Below are positions 28,264 to 37,481 of a stretch of 64,000 nt of DNA, piece after piece; position 1 is the stretch's first letter, and the number at the start of each line of letters is the position of its first letter. Source of the DNA: Alphaproteobacteria bacterium (GTDB taxonomy: Bacteria > Pseudomonadota > Alphaproteobacteria > MPNO01); assembly GCA_965248835.1 (NCBI GenBank), contig CBDFLJ010000001.1:576001-640000 (forward strand), in the 5' to 3' direction. The notes under the pieces were generated by a model. It made no database searches. It had not been told where the DNA came from and worked only from the letters and a program-made list of their open reading frames with translations. Made by a program: the position numbers and the translations under genes.

Positions 28264-30545
28264 CAGTGTCCCCCTTCGGTGCCATGCAGGATCGCCAGAA
28301 GCCGGGCGGGCGTCACCGGAAGGCGCGTGATCGCGCCGGGCCGGCCGATCGCATCGTCGATCGCCGAGGCGATCGCCGCGCCGGCGGCGTTGATGCCGGC
28401 CTCGCCGGCGCCCTTGAGCCCCAACGGGTTGGTCCCCGACGGCGCATCCTCGCGGATCAGCGAATCGATCCGCGGCGTCTCCTCGACGCCGGGCAGCAGG
28501 TAGTCGGCGAAGTTCGTCGACAGGGGCTGGCCGGCGGAATCGTACAGGAACTCCTCGTAGAGCGCGCCGCCGACCCCCTGGGCGACGCCGCCGGTGATCT
28601 GGCCTTCGATCAGCATCGGGTTCACCGCCCGGCCGATGTCGAAGGCGACCGCGAAGCGCTCCAGCTCGACCCCGCCTGTCTCGACATCGACGGCGAGCAC
28701 GACCAGGTGGATGCCATAGGGGTAGGTCATGTGCTCGACCTCGAAGGTCGCTTCGGCGCCGGCCTTTGCCGTGCCCTTGTCCTGGGCGAGCGCCGCGGCG
28801 ATCGCGCCGATCGGGGCCGACGGCCCGTCGCGGCCCGCCCGGACCGTGCCGTCGGCCAACTCCAGGGTCTCGGCGGGGGATTGCAGCAGCCGTGCCGCGA
28901 CGCCGATCAGGTCGTCCTTCAGCGTGTTCGCGGCCATGTGGGTGGCGGTGCCGGTCATCACCGTGACCCGCGATGCGAATGCGCCCATCCCGCGATCGAT
29001 CCGGTCGGTCTGGCCGTGGGTGACGGTGATCGTCGCGTAGTCGATCCCCAGCACGTCGGCACAGATCTGGGCGATGACGGTCTCCACGCCCTGGCCGACG
29101 GATGCCACGCCGGTGATCACCTCGGCCCGGCCGTCCCCGTCGAGCTCGATGCGGACGTCGTCCCACGGCCCGAGCCCGCTTTTCTCGACGAAGCAGCCGA
29201 AACCGATGCCGACATGCTCGCCGGCCGCGCGCCGCGCCGCGACCCGGGCGCTCAGCCGGTCGTAGCCGACCTCTTCCAGCAACCGGTCGAAGAGGTCTTC
29301 GTAGAGCCCGGAATCGATCAGCACCGGGGTCTCCATCGCCTGGAAGTAGCGCGAATAGGGCATCGCCTCGGCCGGGATGAAGTTGCGCCGGCGCACCTCG
29401 ATGCGATCGATGCCGACCCGGTGGGCGATCGCGTCGAGCAGCCGCTCGCGCGCGAAGGTCGACTCGTAGCGCCCGGGAGCCCGGTATGTGCCGGCCGGCG
29501 TCTTGTTGGTCAGGCGGACATGGGCGCCGGCATGGAAGGCCGGGACCAGATAGGGCCCGGCGAGCATCGCGGTCGCGAGGTCGGTCACCGTCACCCCGTG
29601 GCTGCGAACGTAAGCGCCCTGGTCCGAATAGATGTCGTCCTCGAGACCCAGGATGAAGCCCCGCGGGTCGATGGCCGCGCGGATGCGGTGCACCTGGTCG
29701 CGTGAATGGTTCATGCTCAGGAGGTTTTCGCGCCGGTCCTCGATCCACTTGACCGGCCGGCCGAGGCGTCGGGCCGCGATGCAGACCAGCACGTCCTCGG
29801 GGTAGAGCTCGCCGCGCACGCCGAACCCGCCGCCGACATGGCCCTCGAACAGCTCCAGGTCGTGGCGGCCGAGCCCCAGCATGGCGGCGATCGCGCCGCG
29901 GTTGTAGTGCGGCACCTTGGCCGCGCCATGGAGCTCGATGCGGTCGCGGTCCGGGTCGTATCGGGCGATGGCGCCGCGGGTCTCCAGCGGCACGCCCGAA
30001 TGACGCCCGACGGCGAACTCGACCTCGATGATGTCGGAGGCCGCGGCGAAGGCGGCCTCGCGGTCGCCGTAATACTTCTCCACCAGCGCCGCTTCGGTGT
30101 CGAGGCCGGGGGCGAAGGCGGCGGGCGGCCCGGTGGCGCTCAAGCAGGGCGTGTCCTCGGCCACCGCGACCGTTACCGCTTCGGCGGCGTCTTCTGCCCG
30201 GTAGCGTTCCTCCGCGAAGACCAGCGCCACCGGCTCGCCGACATAGCGCACCACACCCTGGGCGAGGATCGGCTGGCGGTAGGGTTCGAGCCCGGCGAGA
30301 CGGGACAGGCGGAAATCGATCGGCGGGATGTCGGCGACTTCCGCGCCGGTCCACACTGCGACAACGCCCGGCATCGCCGCGGCCCGGCCGGTTTCGATCG
30401 CGGTGATGCGCCCGAACGCCACCGGGGCGCGCACCACTCGCATATGGACTTGATCGGCAAAGTTCACGTCATCGGCAAAGCGTCCCCGTCCGGTGAGCAA
30501 TGCACGGTCTTCGATGCGGGGAACGCTCCGGCCGATGACGCTCAT
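28263..30545 (-). CDS. Xanthine dehydrogenase family molybdopterin-binding large subunit (orphan)
   Basis: MSVIGRSVPRIEDRALLTGRG, VGGGFGVRGE, TYRAPGR, GAFASR, GLKGAGEAG. Confidence 0.92.
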   Translation of the reverse strand: MSVIGRSVPRIEDRALLTGRGRFADDVNFADQVHMRVVRAPVAFGRITAIETGRAAAMPGVVAVWTGAEVADIPPIDFRLSRLAGLEPYRQPILAQGVVRYVGEPVALVFAEERYRAEDAAEAVTVAVAEDTPCLSATGPPAAFAPGLDTEAALVEKYYGDREAAFAAASDIIEVEFAVGRHSGVPLETRGAIARYDPDRDRIELHGAAKVPHYNRGAIAAMLGLGRHDLELFEGHVGGGFGVRGELYPEDVLVCIAARRLGRPVKWIEDRRENLLSMNHSRDQVHRIRAAIDPRGFILGLEDDIYSDQGAYVRSHGVTVTDLATAMLAGPYLVPAFHAGAHVRLTNKTPAGTYRAPGRYESTFARERLLDAIAHRVGIDRIEVRRRNFIPAEAMPYSRYFQAMETPVLIDSGLYEDLFDRLLEEVGYDRLSARVAARRAAGEHVGIGFGCFVEKSGLGPWDDVRIELDGDGRAEVITGVASVGQGVETVIAQICADVLGIDYATITVTHGQTDRIDRGMGAFASRVTVMTGTATHMAANTLKDDLIGVAARLLQSPAETLELADGTVRAGRDGPSAPIGAIAAALAQDKGTAKAGAEATFEVEHMTYPYGIHLVVLAVDVETGGVELERFAVAFDIGRAVNPMLIEGQITGGVAQGVGGALYEEFLYDSAGQPLSTNFADYLLPGVEETPRIDSLIREDAPSGTNPLGLKGAGEAGINAAGAAIASAIDDAIGRPGAITRLPVTPARLLAILHGTEGGH

Positions 30546-30673
30546 CGGCGCGGCAGTGGTTGCGCCGGGGGATAAAAACCGGTTCTCATGGCCGCTACGA
30601 TACCAAGCGGGCAACCGGCTGGCCAATCGAGCAAAGGGCAACGGGCCGGCGACAGCGACAGGAGGGGCACGCC

Positions 30674-31519
30674 ATGAAGATGGTCGATCTATCGCACATG
30701 ATGAACCTGCACACGCCGGGCTGGGTCGGCTATGCCGGCAACAAGATGTATTACGCCCAGAACCTGCAGACCAAAGCGATCGTGGCGCAGCGGATCGACA
30801 CCGCCCTTCATGTCGGCACCCACCTCGACGGCGCAATGCACGCCACCGATGCCAAGGGCGACATGGGCTCCTACGCGCTCGACTATCTGGTTGGCCAGGG
30901 CGCGGTGGTCGACGTCTCCGCCCATATGGAGGACTGGGCGGTCATCACGCCGGAGATGATGGAATCCGCCCCGGTCGAGATCAGGAACGGCGACATCCTG
31001 ATCATCCACACCGGCTATCACCGCTATTACGAAGGTCGGCCGCAGCAGGATCTGGTGCGCTATTTCTGCCTGCACCCCGGCGGCAGTCTCGCCCTGCTCC
31101 ATTGGATGCTGGACAAGAAGATCAAGTGGTTCGGCATCGACTGCGGCTCGGGCGATCATGCGATGAACACCTCGATCCGCCACATGCGCCCCGACCTCGC
31201 CGCCGAATTCGAGGCCCAGGTCGGCAAGACCTGCGGGGCGTTCTTCGGCGAATACACCTACACCCACAGCCTGTCGGGCCGGAAGGTCAAGTCCGACATC
31301 TTCCCCTTCCACTCCTACGCCTTCCAGGAGGGGCTGATCCACGCCGAAAACGTCGGCGGCGATATCGAGCTGATGCTCAACCAGCGCTGCGTGATCGGCG
31401 CCTTCCCGTGGCGCTACGAAGGGCTGGAGGCCTGCCCGTGCCGCATCGTCTGCTTCACCGATGTCGGCGAGGACATCGAAGCGATCGGCGGTGTCGCCCG
31501 GGCCGTCAAGGGCGCATAG
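30674..31519 (+). CDS. Cyclase / kynurenine formamidase family metal-dependent hydrolase
   Basis: VDLSH, HVGTHLDG, GDILIIHTG, GIDCGS, IHAEN; GGAGG RBS. Confidence 0.85.
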   Translation: MKMVDLSHMMNLHTPGWVGYAGNKMYYAQNLQTKAIVAQRIDTALHVGTHLDGAMHATDAKGDMGSYALDYLVGQGAVVDVSAHMEDWAVITPEMMESAPVEIRNGDILIIHTGYHRYYEGRPQQDLVRYFCLHPGGSLALLHWMLDKKIKWFGIDCGSGDHAMNTSIRHMRPDLAAEFEAQVGKTCGAFFGEYTYTHSLSGRKVKSDIFPFHSYAFQEGLIHAENVGGDIELMLNQRCVIGAFPWRYEGLEACPCRIVCFTDVGEDIEAIGGVARAVKGA

Positions 31520-31577
31520 CACGACATCGGAGCCCCGGCCACCGCGACGCTGATCGGCTCGCCGGAAACCCGCCGGG

Positions 31578-32273
31578 CTATTCCGCCGCGGAGCGCAGCC
31601 CGCCGCCTTCGAGATGGGCGAGAACTTCTTCCAGGACCATCACGTCGGCATATTTGTGATGCATGTCGAACAGGTTGATCTTGTGCGACAGCTCGCTGCG
31701 GTCGAAGACGCATTCCTCGACGACGGTGACGTGATAGCCGGCCGAATAGGCATCGACGACCGAGGCCCGCACGCAGCCCGACGTGCTCTCGCCGCACACG
31801 ATCAGGCTGTTGACGTCGAGTTCGTTGAGACAGGCGGCCGTCGGCGTGCTGGCAAAGGCGCTCGCACGTTCCTTGCGGATGACGATATCGTCGTCCTCCG
31901 GGGCAAAGGCCTCGAAAATGTCATAGGCGGCCTCGTCGAGGTCGGCGATACCTTGGCGCTTGGTCGAGGCGACGCGCGCCTTCCTGAGCGAACTGGTCAC
32001 GTAGATGACCGGGATCCCCGCCTTGCGCGCCGCGGCGAGAAGCTGCTTGGTCGGCTCGATCGCCTCCCAGGCATACTTGCCGCAGGTGTTGGGGTAGTCC
32101 AGGAGCTCGTGGGGCGGATGGTTGCCGCCGCGATAGACCAGGTTGTAGAGGTCGATCGCCAGCAGTGCGGGGCGGGTGCCGATCCGCAGCGCGCGGCGGT
32201 ACGGCGCGTAGATATCGAGAACCTCCTGCGGGACCAGGTCCTTCCAGCAGTGATCTTCGAAATCGCGGGCCAT
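31578..32273 (-). CDS. Isochorismatase family cysteine hydrolase (maleamate amidohydrolase-like)
   Basis: ALLAID, KERASAF, GESTSGCVRASVVDA, LFDMHHKYAD. Confidence 0.88.
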   Translation of the reverse strand: MARDFEDHCWKDLVPQEVLDIYAPYRRALRIGTRPALLAIDLYNLVYRGGNHPPHELLDYPNTCGKYAWEAIEPTKQLLAAARKAGIPVIYVTSSLRKARVASTKRQGIADLDEAAYDIFEAFAPEDDDIVIRKERASAFASTPTAACLNELDVNSLIVCGESTSGCVRASVVDAYSAGYHVTVVEECVFDRSELSHKINLFDMHHKYADVMVLEEVLAHLEGGGLRSAAE

Positions 32274-32392
32274 GCTCGCCTCCTGATATTGGATCGCCCG
32301 CCAGTCTACCCGGCTGGTCGGCGCTGACAATCGGCATCGGGCACGCCGCATGTTAGGCTGCACCCGGCGAGACCGTGCAATTGGAGGCAAGG

Positions 32393-32818
32393 ATGGCTGA
32401 GACCGCACCCGCGCTGCGCCTGACCAGCGAAGGCGCGATGAAGATGCTCCAAGCCGCGATGGCCAAGGCCGAGGCGATGGGCGTGCCGCAATGCATCTCG
32501 ATCGTGGATACCGGCGGCCATCTGCTCGCGTTCTCCCGGATGGACGGGGCTTACGTGCTTTCCATCGATTCCTCGATGGTCAAGGCGATGACCGCGGCGT
32601 CCTACGGCGAGCCCACCGGCCATATCCCCGAAGGGGTCGATATCAAGCTCGCGATCGCGACCGGAGGCAAGCGGGTCAACCTGCCCGGCGGCCTGCCCAT
32701 CGTCGTGGACGGCCACGTCCTGGGCGGAATCGGCGTCGGGTCGGGCCAGGGCCATGAGGACCTCGAGGTCGCCAAAGCCGCGCTTGCCGTCGTTCCCGGC
32801 GCCAGGAATTTCGACTGA
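32393..32818 (+). CDS. GlcG/HbpS family heme-binding protein
   Basis: IVDTGGHL...RMDGA, KAMTA, GGLPI, GGIGVGSG. Confidence 0.88.
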   Translation: MAETAPALRLTSEGAMKMLQAAMAKAEAMGVPQCISIVDTGGHLLAFSRMDGAYVLSIDSSMVKAMTAASYGEPTGHIPEGVDIKLAIATGGKRVNLPGGLPIVVDGHVLGGIGVGSGQGHEDLEVAKAALAVVPGARNFD

Positions 32819-32832
32819 GCCGCCGCGGGCGT

Positions 32833-33561
32833 CTATCTGGCGGCAGCCAGCGTCCGGGTCGGCCGGCGGCGGGCGATCTCGAGAATCAGCTTCTTGCGGA
32901 TCCCGTCGGCGAAGTCCGCGAAGTCGTCGATGGTGATCATGAACGCGCCCGGGCCGCCGATGACGCTGCTGCTGTAGTGGACATCGACCGCCTCTTCCGG
33001 CCAGGGCGGACGGCTGGGCCGGTCGTTGAGAATCGCAAGCCCGTTGATGGTGATCCCCTTGGCGAGCGCGTCGTCGCGGGCGGCGGCGCTGGGCCGGCCG
33101 CGGTTGTTCGGGCCGTCGCCCGAGACGTCGATCACCCGGCGGGTCCCGTCGATCCCGTTGTCCTCGAACAGGCCGGCGGCGAAGTCGATCGCCGCGCTGA
33201 TCCCGGTACCGTCGGAATAGCGCCGCGGCAGGCCCATCAGCATCTCGGCGAAAGACGCCGCGGCGGCCGGGCCGTCGATCACGGTCCAGTCGACCAGGGT
33301 GGCCTGCTCGACCTCGCCCGACCATTCGACATAGGCAACCGCGATCCTGCGCAGGAGGCCCGAGGTGATCGCGCGGATCACCTCGGGGTGGGTGAGCGCT
33401 TTGGCATAGCCTTCACGCTGCAAGGCGTATTCGTAGCCGTCAATGCTGCGCGAGGCATCGACGGCGAGCACGAGCTCAAGGTCGACCGCGGTCTCGCCCG
33501 CCGCCGACCCCGCCAGGAAAAGCCCCGCGACTGTCGCGGCCAAGCGGGCGAGCCGGTTCAC
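32833..33561 (-). CDS. DUF1194 (vWA-like) exported protein
   Basis: Signal peptide, VDLELVLAVDASRSID, RRVIDVSGDGPNN, VIGGPGAF, IRKKLILEI. Confidence 0.88.
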   Translation of the reverse strand: MNRLARLAATVAGLFLAGSAAGETAVDLELVLAVDASRSIDGYEYALQREGYAKALTHPEVIRAITSGLLRRIAVAYVEWSGEVEQATLVDWTVIDGPAAAASFAEMLMGLPRRYSDGTGISAAIDFAAGLFEDNGIDGTRRVIDVSGDGPNNRGRPSAAARDDALAKGITINGLAILNDRPSRPPWPEEAVDVHYSSSVIGGPGAFMITIDDFADFADGIRKKLILEIARRRPTRTLAAAR

Positions 33562-33589
33562 CTTACCGGCTCTGCCCGGCCGGATGCGA

Positions 33590-34828
33590 TCAGCCCGCCG
33601 CAGGTGCCGGCACCAGGCCGCCGCCCCGCGTCTCGGGAATGAACAGCGACATGAACGCCGCCATCAGCGCGAGCACGAAGGACAGCAGCCACATCCAGTC
33701 GTATTGGGCGAAGCTGTCGAACAGCCAGCCGCCCATGAACGACCCCAACGCGCCGCCGATGGAATGGAAGGCGAACAGCAGCCCCATCGTCAGCCCCATG
33801 ATGCGCAGCCCGATATGGGTCGAGACGATGTTGGCGACGATCGGGAAGGTCGAGAAGTCGAAGATTCCGAATATGGTGGCAAAGAGAAACAGTAACGGCA
33901 CGTCGCCGGCGATATACATCAAGAGCAGAAAGCAGAACGCGCGCAGGAAATAGACGCTGGCCAGCAGCAACGGCCGGTGAAACCGGTCCGACAGCGCACC
34001 GTAGCCGATCATGCCGATCGCCGAGAACGTCGCCAGCACCCCGAACGCGGTCGCGCTCTGGATCGGCGGGAAGCCGCAGGACGCGGCATAGGGCAGGAAA
34101 TGGATGCGGATCGCGCCGATGGTTGTGAACCCGCACACGATATAGCCCAGCCCCATCAGCCAGAACGACCGCGACCGGGCGAGATAGCCGAGCTGGGCCC
34201 AGACGGTGGACCCGGCCGCGGTGTGGCTAGACTCCAGGCTGACGGTGCCCCGGCGCTTGATCAGCATCCAGGTCAGCACCGTCGTCGCGGCGAGCAGCGC
34301 GGCAAGAATGACGAAGCTCGGCCGCCAGCCGATCGCCGAGACCGAGACCGCCAACAGGGGCATCAGGACCAACTGCCCGCCGGTCGCGCCCGAGGAGGCA
34401 ACCCCGGTCGCCAAGCCCCGGCGGTCTTCGAAATACATCGATACCACGGTGCCGACCAGCGGCGCGGAAATCGCCGAGAACCCGATCCCGCCGATGACCC
34501 CGAAGACCAGGATATAGTGCCAGCCCGCACTCATCCCGGCGGTGAGCAGCATCGCGAGCGCGACCACCAGGAGCCCGGCGACATTGACCGTGCGCGCGCC
34601 GATCCGGTCGAGCGCAAGGCCCGCCAACGGCGAACAGACCGCCATCATGACCAGCATGACCGCCCCGCCGGTGGAGATGAAGGTCCGGCCCCAGCCGAGC
34701 TCCTCTTCCCACGTCGGGATCAACAGCCCGATCGTCGTCCGCGAGACCATGACCAGGCTGAGCACCAGGAACAGGACGGCGACGACGATCCAGCCGTAGG
34801 GATTGGAACGAAAGAGCTGCAAAAACAT
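33590..34828 (-). CDS. MFS transporter
   Basis: About 12 hydrophobic segments, GLALDRIGAR, RRGLATG, GALSDRF. Confidence 0.9.
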   Translation of the reverse strand: MFLQLFRSNPYGWIVVAVLFLVLSLVMVSRTTIGLLIPTWEEELGWGRTFISTGGAVMLVMMAVCSPLAGLALDRIGARTVNVAGLLVVALAMLLTAGMSAGWHYILVFGVIGGIGFSAISAPLVGTVVSMYFEDRRGLATGVASSGATGGQLVLMPLLAVSVSAIGWRPSFVILAALLAATTVLTWMLIKRRGTVSLESSHTAAGSTVWAQLGYLARSRSFWLMGLGYIVCGFTTIGAIRIHFLPYAASCGFPPIQSATAFGVLATFSAIGMIGYGALSDRFHRPLLLASVYFLRAFCFLLLMYIAGDVPLLFLFATIFGIFDFSTFPIVANIVSTHIGLRIMGLTMGLLFAFHSIGGALGSFMGGWLFDSFAQYDWMWLLSFVLALMAAFMSLFIPETRGGGLVPAPAAG

Positions 34829-35007
34829 CGACGCGCCGGGGGCTGGCCCTCCTGGTCACCGGTTGCAGCATCCTAGCACGCCGCCCGACGCGGCCGGCAA
34901 TCGCGTCTCGGCATGGGAGAAATGCATTTGCGTGGGTGATTCGGCCAACCGTTCTAGGATGGCGGACGGGGCTTGCCGATGTGCGATGACCTTCAGGGAA
35001 CCGCTTC

Positions 35008-36636
35008 ATGCCGCTCGCCGGCCACTTAGGCGACGTGATCATCATCCTGGCGGCGGCGGTCGTCGCGCTGGTCGCGCTGCAGCGGGTGAAAATCTCGCCG
35101 GTGCTGGGGTATCTGGTGGCCGGTGCGGCGCTGGGGCCTTACGGGCTGCACTTGGTCGGCGATGTCGACAGCGCGCGCGCACTGGCCGAGTTCGGCGTGG
35201 TGTTCCTGCTGTTCTCCATCGGGCTCGAGCTGCCTCTCGAACGGCTGAGGGTCCTTTCGCCGATGGTGTTCGGCATGGGTGTCGCGCAGGTCGTGATAAC
35301 GGCGCTGGCGATCGGCGGGCTTGCCCATGCCTTCGGCCTGCCGGCCGATGCCGCGATCGTGGTCGGCGCCGCGCTGGCCCTGTCCTCGACGGTCTACGTC
35401 ATCCAGCTCCTGATCGAAAGCCGGCGCCTGGCCACCCGATTTGGCCGCTCGGCCTTCACCGTGCTGTTGACGCAGGACATTGCCATCGGCCCGATCCTGG
35501 TGATCACCATCGTGCTGATCGAGCGTGAAGCCGGGCTCGGTCTGTCGCTCGCCATCGGGGCGCTCAAGGCCTGCGTCGCGATCGTCGTGATTTTCGCGCT
35601 CGGCCGTTATGTGCTGCGCCCGCTGTTCAGCGTGGTCGCGGTCGCGCGGACCGACGAGACCTTTGCCGCGACGACGCTGTTGGTGGTGCTGTGCACCGCC
35701 GGGCTCACCGAGCTGGCCGGGCTCTCGCTCGCGCTCGGCGGGCTGCTGTCGGGGATGTTGCTGGCCGAGACCCAGTACCGTCATCAGGTCGCGGCCGAGA
35801 TCCAGCCGTTCCGCGGCATCCTTCTGGGCCTGTTCTTCATGACCATCGGCATGGCGACCGATCTTGGCCACGCGGTCTCGGAGATCGGCCAGATCCTGGT
35901 CATCACGATCGTTCTGATCGCCGTGAAGGCGCTGATCCTGGCCGCCCTGTCGCTGCTGTTCGGCTTGCCGGTGGGCTATGCCCTGCCGCTCGGCCTGCTG
36001 CTCGCCCAGGGCGGCGAATTCGCCTTCGTGGTCTTCAGCCTCGCGGCGGGTGGCGGGCTGCTCGGCGAGCCGGTCGTCCGGACGCTGACCGTCGCGGTCG
36101 CGCTGTCGATGCTGCTCACCCCGGCGCTTTCCTGGGCGAGCACGCGCGTCGCGCGGCGGACCGCGGCCCGATCGGTCGCCCATGCCGACATCCTGGACCA
36201 GGGTGGGCCGGAGATCAGCGACCATGTGATCATCGCCGGCTACGGCCGGGTCGGGCAGACCGTCGCCAAGCGGCTGTCGGCGCACGGCATCGGACATATC
36301 GCGGTCGACCGTGATCCCTATTCGGTCGCGCGCGCCCGCGCCCGGGGCGAGCCCGTCTTCTTCGGCGATGCGACCCGCCCGGACGTTCTGGAGGCGCTCC
36401 ATGTCAGCAGGGCGCGCGCGGTCGTCGTTGCGCTGTCCGATCCGGCCGCCGCCACAAGGCTGGTCGGGCTGCTGCATTACATCCTGCCCGACCGACCGGT
36501 CATGGCGCGCGCGGAAACCGAGGACCACGCCCGCGAGCTCATCAAGGCGGGCGCCCGGGCGGTTATCCCAGAGCTCGTCGCGACCGGTGACCGGCTGGCG
36601 GCGCTGGTCCTCGGCGATGACGCCCCGCAGGCGTGA
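35008..36636 (+). CDS. CPA2 cation:proton antiporter with TrkA-N domain (KefB/KefC-like)
   Basis: LAEFGVVFLLFSIGLE, ALSST, PFRGILLGLFF, QGGEFAFV, GYGRVG, GDATR. Confidence 0.9.
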   Translation: MPLAGHLGDVIIILAAAVVALVALQRVKISPVLGYLVAGAALGPYGLHLVGDVDSARALAEFGVVFLLFSIGLELPLERLRVLSPMVFGMGVAQVVITALAIGGLAHAFGLPADAAIVVGAALALSSTVYVIQLLIESRRLATRFGRSAFTVLLTQDIAIGPILVITIVLIEREAGLGLSLAIGALKACVAIVVIFALGRYVLRPLFSVVAVARTDETFAATTLLVVLCTAGLTELAGLSLALGGLLSGMLLAETQYRHQVAAEIQPFRGILLGLFFMTIGMATDLGHAVSEIGQILVITIVLIAVKALILAALSLLFGLPVGYALPLGLLLAQGGEFAFVVFSLAAGGGLLGEPVVRTLTVAVALSMLLTPALSWASTRVARRTAARSVAHADILDQGGPEISDHVIIAGYGRVGQTVAKRLSAHGIGHIAVDRDPYSVARARARGEPVFFGDATRPDVLEALHVSRARAVVVALSDPAAATRLVGLLHYILPDRPVMARAETEDHARELIKAGARAVIPELVATGDRLAALVLGDDAPQA

Positions 36637-36695
36637 CATCGCCGGCCATTCGCGTAAACATGCCCGGCCGGAGCGCGCAACGGAGAGGCGCAAGC

Positions 36696-37475
36696 GTGAA
36701 CTATCAGACGATCCTCTACAAGGAGGACGGGCCGGTCGGGACGATCACCCTGAACCGGCCCGATGACGGCAACATGTTCACGATCCAGACCTGTCACGAG
36801 GTCCGCGACTGCATCAACGAGATCCGGCGCGAGACCAGGACGCGGGTGATCGTGCTGACCGGCGCAGGGGAAAAGTTCTTCTGCATCGGCGGGCGCAAGG
36901 ACGGGGCGGAGCCGACGACGCTCTACGCCGGCATGCTGCCGACGCTGGAGATGTACGAATCGATCGACCGGCTGCAGAAGCCGGTGATCGCCTCGGTCAA
37001 CGGCTTCGCGGTCGGCGGCGGCAACGTCCTGCAGATGGTCTGCGATCTGACCATCGCCAAGCAGAGCGCGGTCTTCCGCCAGGTCGGCCCGATCATGGGC
37101 TCCTTCGATGCGGGCTACGGCACCTGGTACCTGGAAGATCTGGTCGGGAAGAAGCGGGCCAAGGAGATCTGGTACACCAACCCGAGGATCACCGCGGCCG
37201 AGGCGCTGGCGATGGGGCTGATCAACCGCGTGGTCGCCGATGACGCGCTGGCGGCGGAGACCCGCGCCTATGCGCTCGACGTCGCCGAGCGCGGCAGCTT
37301 CGCGCTGGCTTCGATCAAGGCCGCTTTCAATGCCCGCCACGGCGGCGTTTCCGGACTGGCGCGGCTGGCCCACGACCTGCTGTTGGGCGGCTATCTGAGC
37401 AGCGAGGAGTCCAAGGAGCTGGGGGCCGCGTTCGCCGAGCGCCGGACGCCGGACCCGGGCCGCTTCGGGCACTGA
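36696..37475 (+). CDS. Crotonase-family ring-opening hydrolase (BadI/MenB-like)
   Basis: VNGFAVGGGNVL, QVGPIMGSFDAGYGT, VGKKRAKEIWY; GTG start after GGAGAGG. Confidence 0.8.
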   Translation: MNYQTILYKEDGPVGTITLNRPDDGNMFTIQTCHEVRDCINEIRRETRTRVIVLTGAGEKFFCIGGRKDGAEPTTLYAGMLPTLEMYESIDRLQKPVIASVNGFAVGGGNVLQMVCDLTIAKQSAVFRQVGPIMGSFDAGYGTWYLEDLVGKKRAKEIWYTNPRITAAEALAMGLINRVVADDALAAETRAYALDVAERGSFALASIKAAFNARHGGVSGLARLAHDLLLGGYLSSEESKELGAAFAERRTPDPGRFGH

Positions 37476-37481
37476 TCGGCG

